Shown: one piece after another, positions 50,122 through 59,677 of the stretch | How the letters are laid out: each line of letters begins with the position of its first letter | How positions within the stretch are numbered: position 1 is the first letter of the stretch | Assembly (NCBI GenBank): GCA_964582615.1 | Contig: CAZORP010000006.1 | Coordinates: forward strand, 3,426 to 67,425 | DNA: 64,000 bases | Reading direction: 5' to 3' | Source: an uncultured Gammaproteobacteria bacterium | GTDB taxonomy: Bacteria; Patescibacteriota; Patescibacteriia; UBA9934 | Made by a program: the position numbers and the translations under genes | The notes under the pieces: generated by a model | Database searches by the model: none | The model's input: the letters and a program-made list of their open reading frames with translations, nothing else | Told to the model about the DNA's origin: nothing

Positions 50122-51832
50122 ACTTCGACGTTGTCGCCTTGCGTTCTGCTGATCGTTCAATACTTCGCAACCGTGCCCGCTCATGGTATTCGGCACGGGT
50201 TAATTGTTTTACGGGTGGCGTGGGTACAGCTCGCCACCGACCAGGGCCATCCCACTGCACGCCGGCGTGTACGAATCGTTCGTTCATCACTCGTTGAAGC
50301 TCCGGGAACTTTTTCATCGCATCCATTTCAAATTCAACGTTCTTCCAAATTTGTTGGAGCTCGATTTTCTCGATGTGGTACAAATCTCCGACCGCCATCC
50401 CTATCTCAATCTTCGCCCGGTTCTTCCCATGCACGGATAGCACAAGCGTGGTCAGCGCATCGACGAGGTCATCGTGCCTCGTGCTTCCAAAGTTGACGAT
50501 TTGATCTATCAGCTCCTTTGGGCAGTTCTCCGGGAAAAGTATCTTGCCCGTCTTGATGAGCCCACTGATACCGTAGAGTCTGTCGCGCTTGTCCATGCGG
50601 CCTGGGAGATACTCCGTCACGCGGCGCACGCCGCGTACCTTGAGATGTTGTCCGAAGACGCCTTGGTACCCTACGCTTTCGTAAAACACTTCGACGTTTC
50701 CTATTCCGCCAAGCTTCTTGATCATCTCCATGCACACGCTCGCCGAGGGATCGAATTCCAGTTGTTTATTTACAATGCCTGGGAGAATATAAATCTTTTG
50801 GTCTTCGCCCCTGCCTTCGACGATTGCCGGAATCATCGACGTACTGTCTCCGCCCGGACTCATTGACCGTGCGAGGTCGACCCCTATCGCCCTCATCGTC
50901 ACGCCGGAGAATTGGTGGTCAGGTTCGTAGTAGAAGATATCGGATTTCGTGATGATCTGCTCGTCGGGCGGAATGATCTCGAGCTGGTATTCCTGCCGCC
51001 AGGTCTTGGTAGACGGGAATGACCGCTTGAACGCGGCGATGCTCGCCTTGTCGGGGAACTTCCCAGGCCAGGCACAGACGCCCTTCTTGCCAATGAGCGG
51101 GCATTTGATCACCTGCGCGTCGAACGTTCCCGCCTTCACTTTGGCGATAATGCGGTTCGGCAGGCTGTCCTCGTGGAGGTTGTTCGCGATCATGATGACG
51201 CGCGTGCCGATGTCGCCAACGCCGAGCAAGTCGCTATTAAACCAATCCTCCAGCTTGTCGCGCGATTCCTGCATGCGCACCGAAGCAACATCCTCGATGT
51301 CGTCGAGGATGAGCACGTCGGGACGGTAATGCTTGAAGCGCACGCCGCGCATCGACTGCTCGACGGAAATTCCCGCGATCTGCGCGTCGTATTTCTGGAA
51401 CGTCAGGGCGGTGGAGTTCCACGGGGTCGTTTCCTCGGATACCGCACCGAAGTCATTTTGGAGCATCGTGTTCGTCTCAAACTCCCGCTTGATCGCGTCA
51501 ATGAACTTCTTCGTCTGCTCGATGGTCTTTCCGACGATCAGGACGAAGTGTTTCTGTTGCTCGCCAAGAATCGACCAGATGGGGTACGACATCGTGCAGA
51601 TCGTGCTCTTCGCGCTCCCGCGGAACGTCATCGCGACCGCAAACCTGATCTTGTCGTTTTGCGTCAGATCGAAGAGCCTGTGGTGGATGTCTGCGGATGG
51701 ATACTTGATGTAGTCGCCGAAGTACGTTCCGAAGAAGGCCTTGTGCGACTTTCTCGCGAGTTCAATTCTCGCGGTCTTGTTGTTCATCACCAGATCCAGC
51801 ATCTGCTGGTCTAGGGGATTCTTGCTTGTCAT
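50093..51832 (-). CDS. terminase large subunit
   Basis: Walker A-like FRGSAKST, Walker B LILDDIED, QEYQ, GVDLA, HDDLVDAL nuclease motif; ATG at 51832. Confidence 0.88.
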   Translation of the reverse strand: MTSKNPLDQQMLDLVMNNKTARIELARKSHKAFFGTYFGDYIKYPSADIHHRLFDLTQNDKIRFAVAMTFRGSAKSTICTMSYPIWSILGEQQKHFVLIVGKTIEQTKKFIDAIKREFETNTMLQNDFGAVSEETTPWNSTALTFQKYDAQIAGISVEQSMRGVRFKHYRPDVLILDDIEDVASVRMQESRDKLEDWFNSDLLGVGDIGTRVIMIANNLHEDSLPNRIIAKVKAGTFDAQVIKCPLIGKKGVCAWPGKFPDKASIAAFKRSFPSTKTWRQEYQLEIIPPDEQIITKSDIFYYEPDHQFSGVTMRAIGVDLARSMSPGGDSTSMIPAIVEGRGEDQKIYILPGIVNKQLEFDPSASVCMEMIKKLGGIGNVEVFYESVGYQGVFGQHLKVRGVRRVTEYLPGRMDKRDRLYGISGLIKTGKILFPENCPKELIDQIVNFGSTRHDDLVDALTTLVLSVHGKNRAKIEIGMAVGDLYHIEKIELQQIWKNVEFEMDAMKKFPELQRVMNERFVHAGVQWDGPGRWRAVPTPPVKQLTRAEYHERARLRSIERSAERKATTSKSTTTQSVAS

Positions 51833-52253
51833 ATGGTTCTGGGGTGAGAGAAATGAGTCCGAGATTCTGGTAAGAGTTGGTGAGCTTTTCCTTCTCATCG
51901 TCCGTGAGATTTTGCTTTGTTGGGGTCGTAATCTGCACCTTGTTCGCGTACGCCTTGTGGCGGCTGCGCAACCAAAACGAAATCGCGGCGAAGTTTTGTT
52001 CCTTGATCGCGCTGATGAGTTGGGATTCTGCCATGTCGTTGATGAATCCCGTTCCTTCGCCAAGTGCCTCCTCGGTTTGCGCGGCGAATGTCACATCCTC
52101 CGCGATCCATCGGTAATACGTCGCGCGGGCGACGCCGAGCTTCTCGCACGCGACCTGGACGATCGGGATCTTGCGAAGGTGGTCGACAAGAAGCTTTTTC
52201 TGCTCTTCCTGCCGCTTGTCGATGAGCGGGCTATTTCGCTTTGTCCTTGGCAT
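51762..52253 (-). CDS. HTH protein, putative terminase small subunit
   Basis: ACEKLGVARATYYRW HTH, AES.L...I, AISFWL; directly upstream of terL. Confidence 0.75.
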   Translation of the reverse strand: MPRTKRNSPLIDKRQEEQKKLLVDHLRKIPIVQVACEKLGVARATYYRWIAEDVTFAAQTEEALGEGTGFINDMAESQLISAIKEQNFAAISFWLRSRHKAYANKVQITTPTKQNLTDDEKEKLTNSYQNLGLISLTPEPYDKQESPRPADAGSGDEQQDREN

Positions 52254-53034
52254 AAGTCGCGATCTTTACGGCTTTGATGCCGGTTTTCTTTTCGAACCGT
52301 TCGATGCCGGCGGCAACATATTCGGGATCGATTTCGACGCCGAAGCAACGGCGTCCCGTATCCTCGGCTGCAATAATTGCGGTGGAACTTCCGAGGAAGG
52401 CGTCATATACGACGTCACCGATCTGCGATGAGTTCAAGATCATCCGACGAATAAGCCCAACCGGCTTCATAGTGGGATGAATACCGGATTTCGAGGGTTT
52501 CGGGTACACAACCACGGATTTGTCCTTCGACTTGAAGAACCGGTGCGTGCCATACCAGCCATATGCGATGAGCTCGTGCTGACCGATGTAGTCGAGCCGC
52601 CCAATTACCGCGTGGTGCTTTACCCATACGAGCAACTGCGTGAACGTCATGCCCGCGTCGAGCATCCCTTCGCGCATGGCGAAGATCATCTTGTCGGCGT
52701 TGAACAGGTACGCGGCGTTCTTTTTCGCCATGTGCGGAATGACCGCTTCGAGCCATGCCTTCGTGAAGGCGCGGTACTGCTCGTCCGTCTGTTCGTGATC
52801 GTTCTGAATTTCTTTCTCCTTCGCGATCTTGATGTTCAGTCCTTGTTTGCTCGTTGCGTACGCGACTCCGTAAGGTGCGTCCGCGCAGATAAGCGCGACG
52901 CGTTCGCTACCAAGAAGTGCGGATACAAGACCCGCGTCGCAGCTGTCGCCGCAAGCGATGCGATGGTTGCCAAGAGAAAAAATGTCTCCGTAACTAATTG
53001 ATAAGTTTTGCTTTGTCTCCGGTGAGGGTTTCAT
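52231..53034 (-). CDS. N4/N6 DNA methyltransferase
   Basis: LGNHRIACGDS, ADAPYG, HPTMKP, YDAFLGSST. Confidence 0.88.
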   Translation of the reverse strand: MKPSPETKQNLSISYGDIFSLGNHRIACGDSCDAGLVSALLGSERVALICADAPYGVAYATSKQGLNIKIAKEKEIQNDHEQTDEQYRAFTKAWLEAVIPHMAKKNAAYLFNADKMIFAMREGMLDAGMTFTQLLVWVKHHAVIGRLDYIGQHELIAYGWYGTHRFFKSKDKSVVVYPKPSKSGIHPTMKPVGLIRRMILNSSQIGDVVYDAFLGSSTAIIAAEDTGRRCFGVEIDPEYVAAGIERFEKKTGIKAVKIATYAKDKAK

Positions 53035-54298
53035 ATCTGTCGATAATTACTTGAGTGAACACAGGCGACTGTTCGATCATGTACGCTTTACGCTTCATTT
53101 GTTCGCACGAGGTCATGAGAGACCCCGATCCCGCACACAAATCCAACACGCAATCGCCAATTTTTGTGCATCGGCGTAGTGGTTTTTCGGCCAAGGTCGT
53201 CGGCTTTTCGGTAGGATGGGTGTAGTCTTGTCCGTTCACGCGTTTCGCGAGCCAAATATCCATCACGTCCCAGATATCGTCGATTGTGCGGTTGCCGGGT
53301 TGTACGTCGCGATTCAAAATTTCCGTGACGCTCGTGATCGCGCTATTGAGAAATGGTTTCCCAATGGTTCCGTACGCGCACGGCTCGTACCCCTTGTTAA
53401 ACGCGACCTGCGGAGTCATGTTGAACGAGTTCTTTACCCATAGGCACGTGCGCCTGTTCATGATGCCGAGTTCGCGGTACAGCTCTTGCAACATCCCAAC
53501 GTAGTTCTGGTCACACCACGAAAAGATGTGTGCGTCTTCAGCGAGAACCGCTTTTCCGTTTTCCAAACACGTCTTCAGGAACGCGCGATATTCGTCGTAC
53601 GTTTTCGCGTCGTTCACCTCGCCGCTGTATTTACCCTTCGTGCTAATGCCCTTGGAATAATCCAGCTTGATGTTGTACGGAAAGTCTGTGTAGAACATTT
53701 GGATCTTCGCGTCGCCGACAACCCGCTTCACGTTGTCGAGTACGGTTGAGTCCGCGCACAAGACGCGATGGTTTCCAAGTTGGTACAGCTGCCCATTCTT
53801 CACCCGCGTCGACTTCGCCTCCTTGACGGCGTGCTCCACGTCGAAGTTATCGTCCTCGGTGGAAAGGGAGTCGCCCCAGATGTCGTTGAGGTCGCCGTCG
53901 TCGAACCCGATGTCCAGCAGTTCGCCGATGTCGAACGCTTTCAGTAATTCGTAATCCCACGCGCCGGTGTTTTTGTTGAGACGAATTAAAAGCTCGCGTT
54001 CCTTTTCGAGGCTCGGAATGTTTACGAAGACAACGGGAACCTCAGTCATGCCGAGATCCTTGGCACACTGGAGTCTGAAGTGGCCGCCGATCAAAATGTT
54101 CTCACGCCCCTTGGCACAGTTCGCGATCAGTGGATCAACGAGGCCGAACTTACGGATGCTCTCGCGGAGCTTTTCCGCCGCGGGTTCGTCCCACGTGCGC
54201 GGGTTCTTCTCGTTCGCCTGCAATGAATTAATGGGTACGTTCACGATCCGGAGATCGCGTGCGGCCGTTTTTGACCGCACTAAAGAGGAACTCTTCAT
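52994..54298 (-). CDS. ParB-like domain fused to an N4/N6 DNA methyltransferase
   Basis: NPR...SIRKFG..PLI, GGHFR; TDFPYN, HPTEKP, DLCAGSGS. Confidence 0.9.
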   Translation of the reverse strand: MKSSSLVRSKTAARDLRIVNVPINSLQANEKNPRTWDEPAAEKLRESIRKFGLVDPLIANCAKGRENILIGGHFRLQCAKDLGMTEVPVVFVNIPSLEKERELLIRLNKNTGAWDYELLKAFDIGELLDIGFDDGDLNDIWGDSLSTEDDNFDVEHAVKEAKSTRVKNGQLYQLGNHRVLCADSTVLDNVKRVVGDAKIQMFYTDFPYNIKLDYSKGISTKGKYSGEVNDAKTYDEYRAFLKTCLENGKAVLAEDAHIFSWCDQNYVGMLQELYRELGIMNRRTCLWVKNSFNMTPQVAFNKGYEPCAYGTIGKPFLNSAITSVTEILNRDVQPGNRTIDDIWDVMDIWLAKRVNGQDYTHPTEKPTTLAEKPLRRCTKIGDCVLDLCAGSGSLMTSCEQMKRKAYMIEQSPVFTQVIIDRYETLTGDKAKLIN

Positions 54299-54680
54299 AG
54301 GAAGAATCTCTTAAAGTGATGGAACGCAAACGCGTTCTTCATCGGTCGCGGGAGCTAATCCGCCGTACCTTCTCAAAGCACATGCCTTGTGCTACCTGCG
54401 AAGACCCCTTTGCCGCCTCCAGGGCGATCTGCTTGAAAATACAGTACAACACTATGGCAAATGCTACAAAGTAATTTGGCTAATATTAGCAATATAACAA
54501 AGTCGACAAAGTTGAAAAAGAGAAAAAGTCAGTCAACATTTACGCTAACGTTTGCATCGTTCTACGAAATAACTGTTTCAAGAAATTTTCAAAATATTTT
54601 CAGAATGAGTAACTTTGTCTGTGGATAAGTTATGTCACACGAAGTTGGAGTGCATACCGTTCTGGGAATGGAACGAAACG

Positions 54681-54923
54681 ATGAAACCTGATACTGTTTC
54701 GTTAAATGTCCTTGATTTTGAAGCCTTTATGAATTCCGGTGAAGAGACACTTGTCAGCCTGATTGACACACATCTTTCCAGCGAACAGCGGACGCTCATG
54801 TCGTCAATTGATCTCGAAGCTGAAGTCGCGGATATTCTCGAAACCTTGAAAACGGAAGGGCTCGTTTCGTTTGGCGAACAAGTTGATGATTCCTATGCAC
54901 ATCAAGAAACTCAAGAAGAGTAA
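54681..54923 (+). CDS. small acidic hypothetical protein
   Basis: ORF overlapping the start of the downstream ATPase gene; start uncertain. Confidence 0.4.
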   Translation: MKPDTVSLNVLDFEAFMNSGEETLVSLIDTHLSSEQRTLMSSIDLEAEVADILETLKTEGLVSFGEQVDDSYAHQETQEE

Positions 54924-57267
54924 CAACGTATTCTCGTACGGCTCTTTTGAGTGGGATGCTATTAATCCTCAAAAACTACTCAATAACGATGGAAAACTGG
55001 TTGACAGTAAAAACGAATTTGAAAAATGCAACGTTCTCTTCGGAGAGAACGGGAACGGAAAATCAAAGTTGGTAAAAATTTTCCGTGCGCTGCACGATCC
55101 GCATCGGTCGTTGGAAAAGCATCGTGATTTGCAGGGACAGCCTCAGGAGATCGAAATTTTGTTTGACGACGACACGGTGACAACCAATGCTGGGAATGGG
55201 TGGTCGGACAGAAGAGCAGAAGGTAAATTTGTCATATTCGACAAGCATTACGTCGATGCGTTCGTGCATTCGCCGGGAACGCATGACGGAGACACTCCGC
55301 AACGAAAACAACAGCGAGGGAAAAACATCGTCTACCTTGGTAATTTCGGTAAATACAATGAAGAAATCGACAAACTTAACGACCTCAAAAACAAAATCAG
55401 GGATGAAAATGAGCGCGCCCTAAAAGCCCAGCATCAAATCATCAGTGGCATCATCACGCCCCATGGTTACACCATGGAACTCATTGGCCAAAGCCGGGCC
55501 GCCATCGAAACGGCCGATGTCGCGGGATTGGTTGAACTAAAGGATGCAAAGTTGAAAGTTGTAGAAGAGGTGACAAAAATACAGACCGCGATTTCCCAAT
55601 CCCAAAAAGTCAGCAATCTCGAGGCGCTCGCACTCCAATCGAGAAGCATTTTTTCTTTGACGGAAGAAGTCGGCGGAGTTGTTGCCGTCGTCAAAACGAC
55701 CGACCTGTTTGCGTTCACGGTCTCGGCAGGTATTCAAAAGACGATTCAGAAAATTGCAGGTAAAAAAGAATTCATTCACCAAGGCGTAGGATTGCTGACC
55801 AAGGACGCGGATACATGTCCATTTTGCGAACAATCAATCAGCGACTCTACGCATAAGCAAATCATCGACGACTACCAATCGATTTTCACGGAAACCTTCG
55901 AGCAGGAACAAATGCGAATTCGTCGCTTACTATCTTCGTACAAATCGCAACTTATAGCGCTGAGAGACCTGCAAATCACGAGCTCTGAAGCGTCGAAAAT
56001 CACAGCAGCATCTCCTTTCTTTTCCGATTTACCTGCATTGCCAAATCTTGCGCCTCCGGAAGAGGATCGCGAGATTCTTGAGGCGGAAATTTCCCTTGTC
56101 GAACAGAAGCTTAGCCAACTTCTTGAGAAGATCGACCCTCCCAACCAGGAACGTATTCGCGTAATTGCAGAAGCGACAGAACAGAGAATCGTCGAATATA
56201 ACCGCATCGCCGGAGAGGTAAATACAAAGATTGACGAATTGAAGAAAAATGCTCTCTCTGGCAAATTGAACGATCAGCTTGAATTATTAAAAAAGCGCCA
56301 TGTCGAATTAGACCAAAATATTTTTTTCATCGAGAACCAAAAGCCATTGCTTCGGTACTTTGCTTCCATCGACGACGACAAAAAGAACAAGAAAGTGGTA
56401 GCGGACCTCGAGGAGGTTTACCAAAACATGAAGGTGGCAATCGTGGACAAATTTACGTCCTTCGTCACGGATTACTTCTCGCTCATCGAGGATATCTTGG
56501 GACGCATCAGCCCAGGAATGGGAATCTTCGACATCACTGGCCAAGCTACTTATACCCGAGTCGGAAAAGAGCCGGCGCAATGTGGATTTCGAATTACGTA
56601 CAACGGTAATGAGTGTTCTGAGGGGTTGAGTGATGGCGAGAGACAGGCGGTCGCGCTTGCATATTTCTTTGCTCAGCTGGAAAAGCTCGCCGACAAGGAT
56701 AGGATCATCATCTTTGATGACCCCATCACGAATTTCGACACCGGAAAGCGGAAGGCGACGGCTGAGCTGATTTACAAAAAGTCCCTGGAATTCGCACAAA
56801 CGTTTGTGTTCACATGCGATCCGCTGTTCAGGGAATTCTGCCTCAAGGCAGGCACGGTGAAGGCGTATTCGATATACCATACTGGTGGCTCATCGGCTGT
56901 TTATTTTGTACCGAAGCATATCGCGCGAATCCAAGACGCATTCGAGGAGAGTATGCGCGGAATGGATTCTCTAACTGGAACGCCGGAGAATGTCGTTATA
57001 TTTGGTCAGAAGCTTCGTTTTTGTCTGGAAACGAAGATCAAGGAAGATTACTTCGGGTACTCAAAGGACAGCCTCCGTAATATGTTGGAAACTGTCTCCG
57101 CTCAAGGCGGACAGAAATTCCAAGATCTCATTTCAAACATGGATGAGATCGTGGAGATTTACAATTACTGCAACACTGGAGGGCTCGCGCATTATCCCAG
57201 GGATGGTTCTACAAGCTGGACTGAACTCAAAGGAATGGTTGCCAGATATTTTGCACTTGGCCTTTAA
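54895..57267 (+). CDS. AAA_13/RloC-like ABC ATPase with zinc hook and possible C-terminal HEPN domain
   Basis: GENGNGKS, CPFC hook within coiled coil, LSDGER signature, IIFDDPI, C-terminal R..LE and N....AH. Confidence 0.8.
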   Translation: MHIKKLKKSNNVFSYGSFEWDAINPQKLLNNDGKLVDSKNEFEKCNVLFGENGNGKSKLVKIFRALHDPHRSLEKHRDLQGQPQEIEILFDDDTVTTNAGNGWSDRRAEGKFVIFDKHYVDAFVHSPGTHDGDTPQRKQQRGKNIVYLGNFGKYNEEIDKLNDLKNKIRDENERALKAQHQIISGIITPHGYTMELIGQSRAAIETADVAGLVELKDAKLKVVEEVTKIQTAISQSQKVSNLEALALQSRSIFSLTEEVGGVVAVVKTTDLFAFTVSAGIQKTIQKIAGKKEFIHQGVGLLTKDADTCPFCEQSISDSTHKQIIDDYQSIFTETFEQEQMRIRRLLSSYKSQLIALRDLQITSSEASKITAASPFFSDLPALPNLAPPEEDREILEAEISLVEQKLSQLLEKIDPPNQERIRVIAEATEQRIVEYNRIAGEVNTKIDELKKNALSGKLNDQLELLKKRHVELDQNIFFIENQKPLLRYFASIDDDKKNKKVVADLEEVYQNMKVAIVDKFTSFVTDYFSLIEDILGRISPGMGIFDITGQATYTRVGKEPAQCGFRITYNGNECSEGLSDGERQAVALAYFFAQLEKLADKDRIIIFDDPITNFDTGKRKATAELIYKKSLEFAQTFVFTCDPLFREFCLKAGTVKAYSIYHTGGSSAVYFVPKHIARIQDAFEESMRGMDSLTGTPENVVIFGQKLRFCLETKIKEDYFGYSKDSLRNMLETVSAQGGQKFQDLISNMDEIVEIYNYCNTGGLAHYPRDGSTSWTELKGMVARYFALGL

Positions 57268-57270
57268 TGA

Positions 57271-57780
57271 TCAGGAGGCGAGGTTTGGATTCTCTTCCTT
57301 CAAAAACACGAAATACCAGAAGTGCTTGCCGTTGCGAATTTCACGGGCTTTGAGTTCTCCGATGCGCACTTTCTTTGCCACAGTCGAATGATGCCAGCCG
57401 AACTTTTTCTTAAAATCGTCTGACGAATACCAGCTCTTACGGTCGGTCGCAACGGTACCCGGAATCACGCCATCTTCGACCGCCTTTTGGCACGGGCGAC
57501 ACTTGATGCCGAACCTGTCGAACCAGCCCTCGCCGCCTTCTAAGTGTTGGTAGCAAACGATACAGTTGTATGTACCATTTGAAGGAACGGCGAAGCCATT
57601 AGGTTCCGCAACGAGCCGCTCTTTCCATCGTTCGATCCTCGTGTGGACGTTCAGCAGAGCGCGGTAGAAACCGAGCAGATTTTCTGAGTATTCCAGTGCC
57701 TGGGCGTCGGTCAGGTCCTGGTCGTACTCCTTCTTCCAAAGCTCCTTAAACGACTGAATCCGTTCGTCATTTGTGCGCAT
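57271..57780 (-). CDS. Zn-finger plus HTH protein (possible excisionase/directionality factor)
   Basis: CIVC...CRPC, C-terminal FGWHHSTVAKKVRIGELKA; ATG at 57780. Confidence 0.6.
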   Translation of the reverse strand: MRTNDERIQSFKELWKKEYDQDLTDAQALEYSENLLGFYRALLNVHTRIERWKERLVAEPNGFAVPSNGTYNCIVCYQHLEGGEGWFDRFGIKCRPCQKAVEDGVIPGTVATDRKSWYSSDDFKKKFGWHHSTVAKKVRIGELKAREIRNGKHFWYFVFLKEENPNLAS

Positions 57781-57848
57781 AGGATTATTGTGAAAAGCCC
57801 TTGAAACCATCGTATTCCTGATTTGAGACACAAGCCATTCTCGTGTCT

Positions 57849-57950
57849 CATTTGTCTCATTTCGATGAGACCCGGGTGCCAGTTTGACCCCTCCAAAAGA
57901 CCCCTTAAACATTGTCGAAAGGTGAGTTCGAGACCCGTACGCCGAGCCAA
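57849..57950 (+). repeat. about 100-bp repeat, copy 1 (copy 2 at 62121-62222), ending in a tRNA-3'-like sequence
   Basis: CATTTGTCTCA...GATGAGACCCGGGTGCC...TGAGTTCGAGACCCGTACGCCGAGCCAA shared with copy 2. Confidence 0.9.
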
Positions 57951-58157
57951 GTGGAAACGGCTGGAGCAATCTGGTCGTTTTTACTTTTGTATCAGTCATT
58001 ATTAAGTGGTTCTAACCTTGCGGAATCGTTCTCAAGAGCCTTTTGCGATTCGAAGATAGGAACGAGCCAAGGATTGGGGTTAATGCTGAGCTTTCCGTTC
58101 AAAAGTGTCGGGTTCGAACTTGAAACAGTTCGAATTTTGTTTTATGCTAGGAATTAT

Positions 58158-59360
58158 ATGCGTTCTGAAAAACAAAATAATTCACTCATCAAAACAGTAA
58201 TTACCATCCTCGCAGCTTCGGTTATTCAAATATCAGCAGGCTGGTTTTTGTTGAGTAATATTGTTTTTGCCGATTCGCACCCCAATCTCATTGAATCGAT
58301 TTTGTACTTTTTGCTCGTACTCACTTCTTACGCAGCAACTCTTGCGGTTTACATCAAGACAGCACGTGCGAAGCAGGCGGTACTGCTTGGAATACTTGGT
58401 TACTTCGCTTCAGCGGTAATACTTACACTCGCACCATTAATCAATGGTTTTTATGTAACAGGCGTTGGTGGCGTCGGGCTGGTCAGCCTATCGGTAATGA
58501 CCGTTCACCTAATAATTTTACTTTTCACACTCAAGTTACTGAAAATAAATAGAGAGGTGGGTAGGACTAAAATAGAGTTAAAGAATTTTGCAATTGCTTT
58601 TCTCTGTGTCGCCGTATCGTTATTTTTCATAGGCTTCTTCAAAACACTTGCATGGAATACTGAACCGAATTCATATTTGGCACTAGGCTATCTAGATCTA
58701 AAAGATCTAGCTGCGAGTATTAGGGAGTCGCTCTTTATGGGTCTGCTGAGTGTCATATTAGATCTCCGAATTCTAGGTATCTTAACGGCATACTCGGTAC
58801 TGATTTACATCTTATTGGGACGGGTAGGAAAACATCTGAATTTCAGCAAAAAGATTTTAGTTATATTTGTACCAATCTGGATCGTCATCGCTCTATTTGT
58901 AGCAATGAGTGGTCAAACATTGAAACAGGGTCTACATGACAATTTCAGTAATTTTCAACCAACTTGGGATAATCAAAGTTTGATCACTAATCATAAAGTT
59001 GAACTCAGCGGAGTTTCATTTACCGTTTGGTGCGATACCACTCTAGACGTAAGCGACCAAAGTATAGAATGTAAAAATCGCTATACGGTTTTACCTACGG
59101 ATCGTTTAAGGACACCACGAGACACGTATTCGAAACAGATCAACGTAGGTTTGTTTGAAAAAGTGGCGATTCAGTCAAATACCACAACAGAATGTGTTTA
59201 CACCGAAAACGATATACAGATTGATAATGCGTTTTTCACATTGAAAACGGAATGGTGTGATTCTAGAAACTTCCCAGTCATGGCAGGGATCGAATGGGAG
59301 GAGTTCATCTTGCCGTTAATGGAGTGTTTCGGTTTTGATAAGTGCGAAACGACTCAGTGA
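58158..59360 (+). CDS. multi-pass membrane protein with a C-terminal Cys-containing soluble domain
   Basis: About 7 hydrophobic helices; ATG at 58158. Confidence 0.6.
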   Translation: MRSEKQNNSLIKTVITILAASVIQISAGWFLLSNIVFADSHPNLIESILYFLLVLTSYAATLAVYIKTARAKQAVLLGILGYFASAVILTLAPLINGFYVTGVGGVGLVSLSVMTVHLIILLFTLKLLKINREVGRTKIELKNFAIAFLCVAVSLFFIGFFKTLAWNTEPNSYLALGYLDLKDLAASIRESLFMGLLSVILDLRILGILTAYSVLIYILLGRVGKHLNFSKKILVIFVPIWIVIALFVAMSGQTLKQGLHDNFSNFQPTWDNQSLITNHKVELSGVSFTVWCDTTLDVSDQSIECKNRYTVLPTDRLRTPRDTYSKQINVGLFEKVAIQSNTTTECVYTENDIQIDNAFFTLKTEWCDSRNFPVMAGIEWEEFILPLMECFGFDKCETTQ

Positions 59361-59441
59361 AGAATGCGGGCGATCTATGCAAACTGCGCCAATTCAGTCT
59401 CCAGTCCCGCCCAGTTTGTGGTTCTGAACGCGTCCAGAGTG

Positions 59442-59510
59442 CGGAGCCATGAGAAGGCGTGTGAGGTGACCCACATGTCTTGTCAAAAAGTCGTCATTGA
59501 AAAAGGCGAC
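59442..59510 (+). repeat. direct repeat of the tRNA-Asn 3' tip plus trailer (attR-like)
   Basis: 36-nt exact match CGGAGCCATGAGAAGGCGTGTGAGGTGACCCACATG to 35598-35633, then a diverged hairpin. Confidence 0.92.
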
Positions 59511-59677
59511 TATCCCTTCTGGTATAGTTGCCAACATCTATACTCGAATTGTGGCATGTGCATTGCTACTCATGTTTATAACCCCTATACTCTTTATGTG
59601 GTTTATTGCGTACTACATGTCTGGCACGGACATAGCGACATGGACGGTCCTTATAGGACATAACGAGTAGCGCCTCT

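Larger units (their letters stand above)
35598..59510. mobile_element. about 24-kb island anchored at tRNA-Asn; accessory DNA continues to the window end
   Basis: Direct repeat 35598-35666 / 59442-59510, large serine recombinase next to the tRNA, defence and terminase cargo, mosaic GC content. Confidence 0.8.

Noticed and set aside
51833-52063. N-terminal extension of TerL in the ORF track
   Set aside because: Lies inside the TerS gene; ATG 51832 is the more plausible start. Similar spurious extensions were trimmed for infA, def, hsdS and the ORFs at 57271 and 57912.
50093-54298. Complete prophage
   Set aside because: No portal, capsid, tail, lysis or replication genes recognisable in the island.
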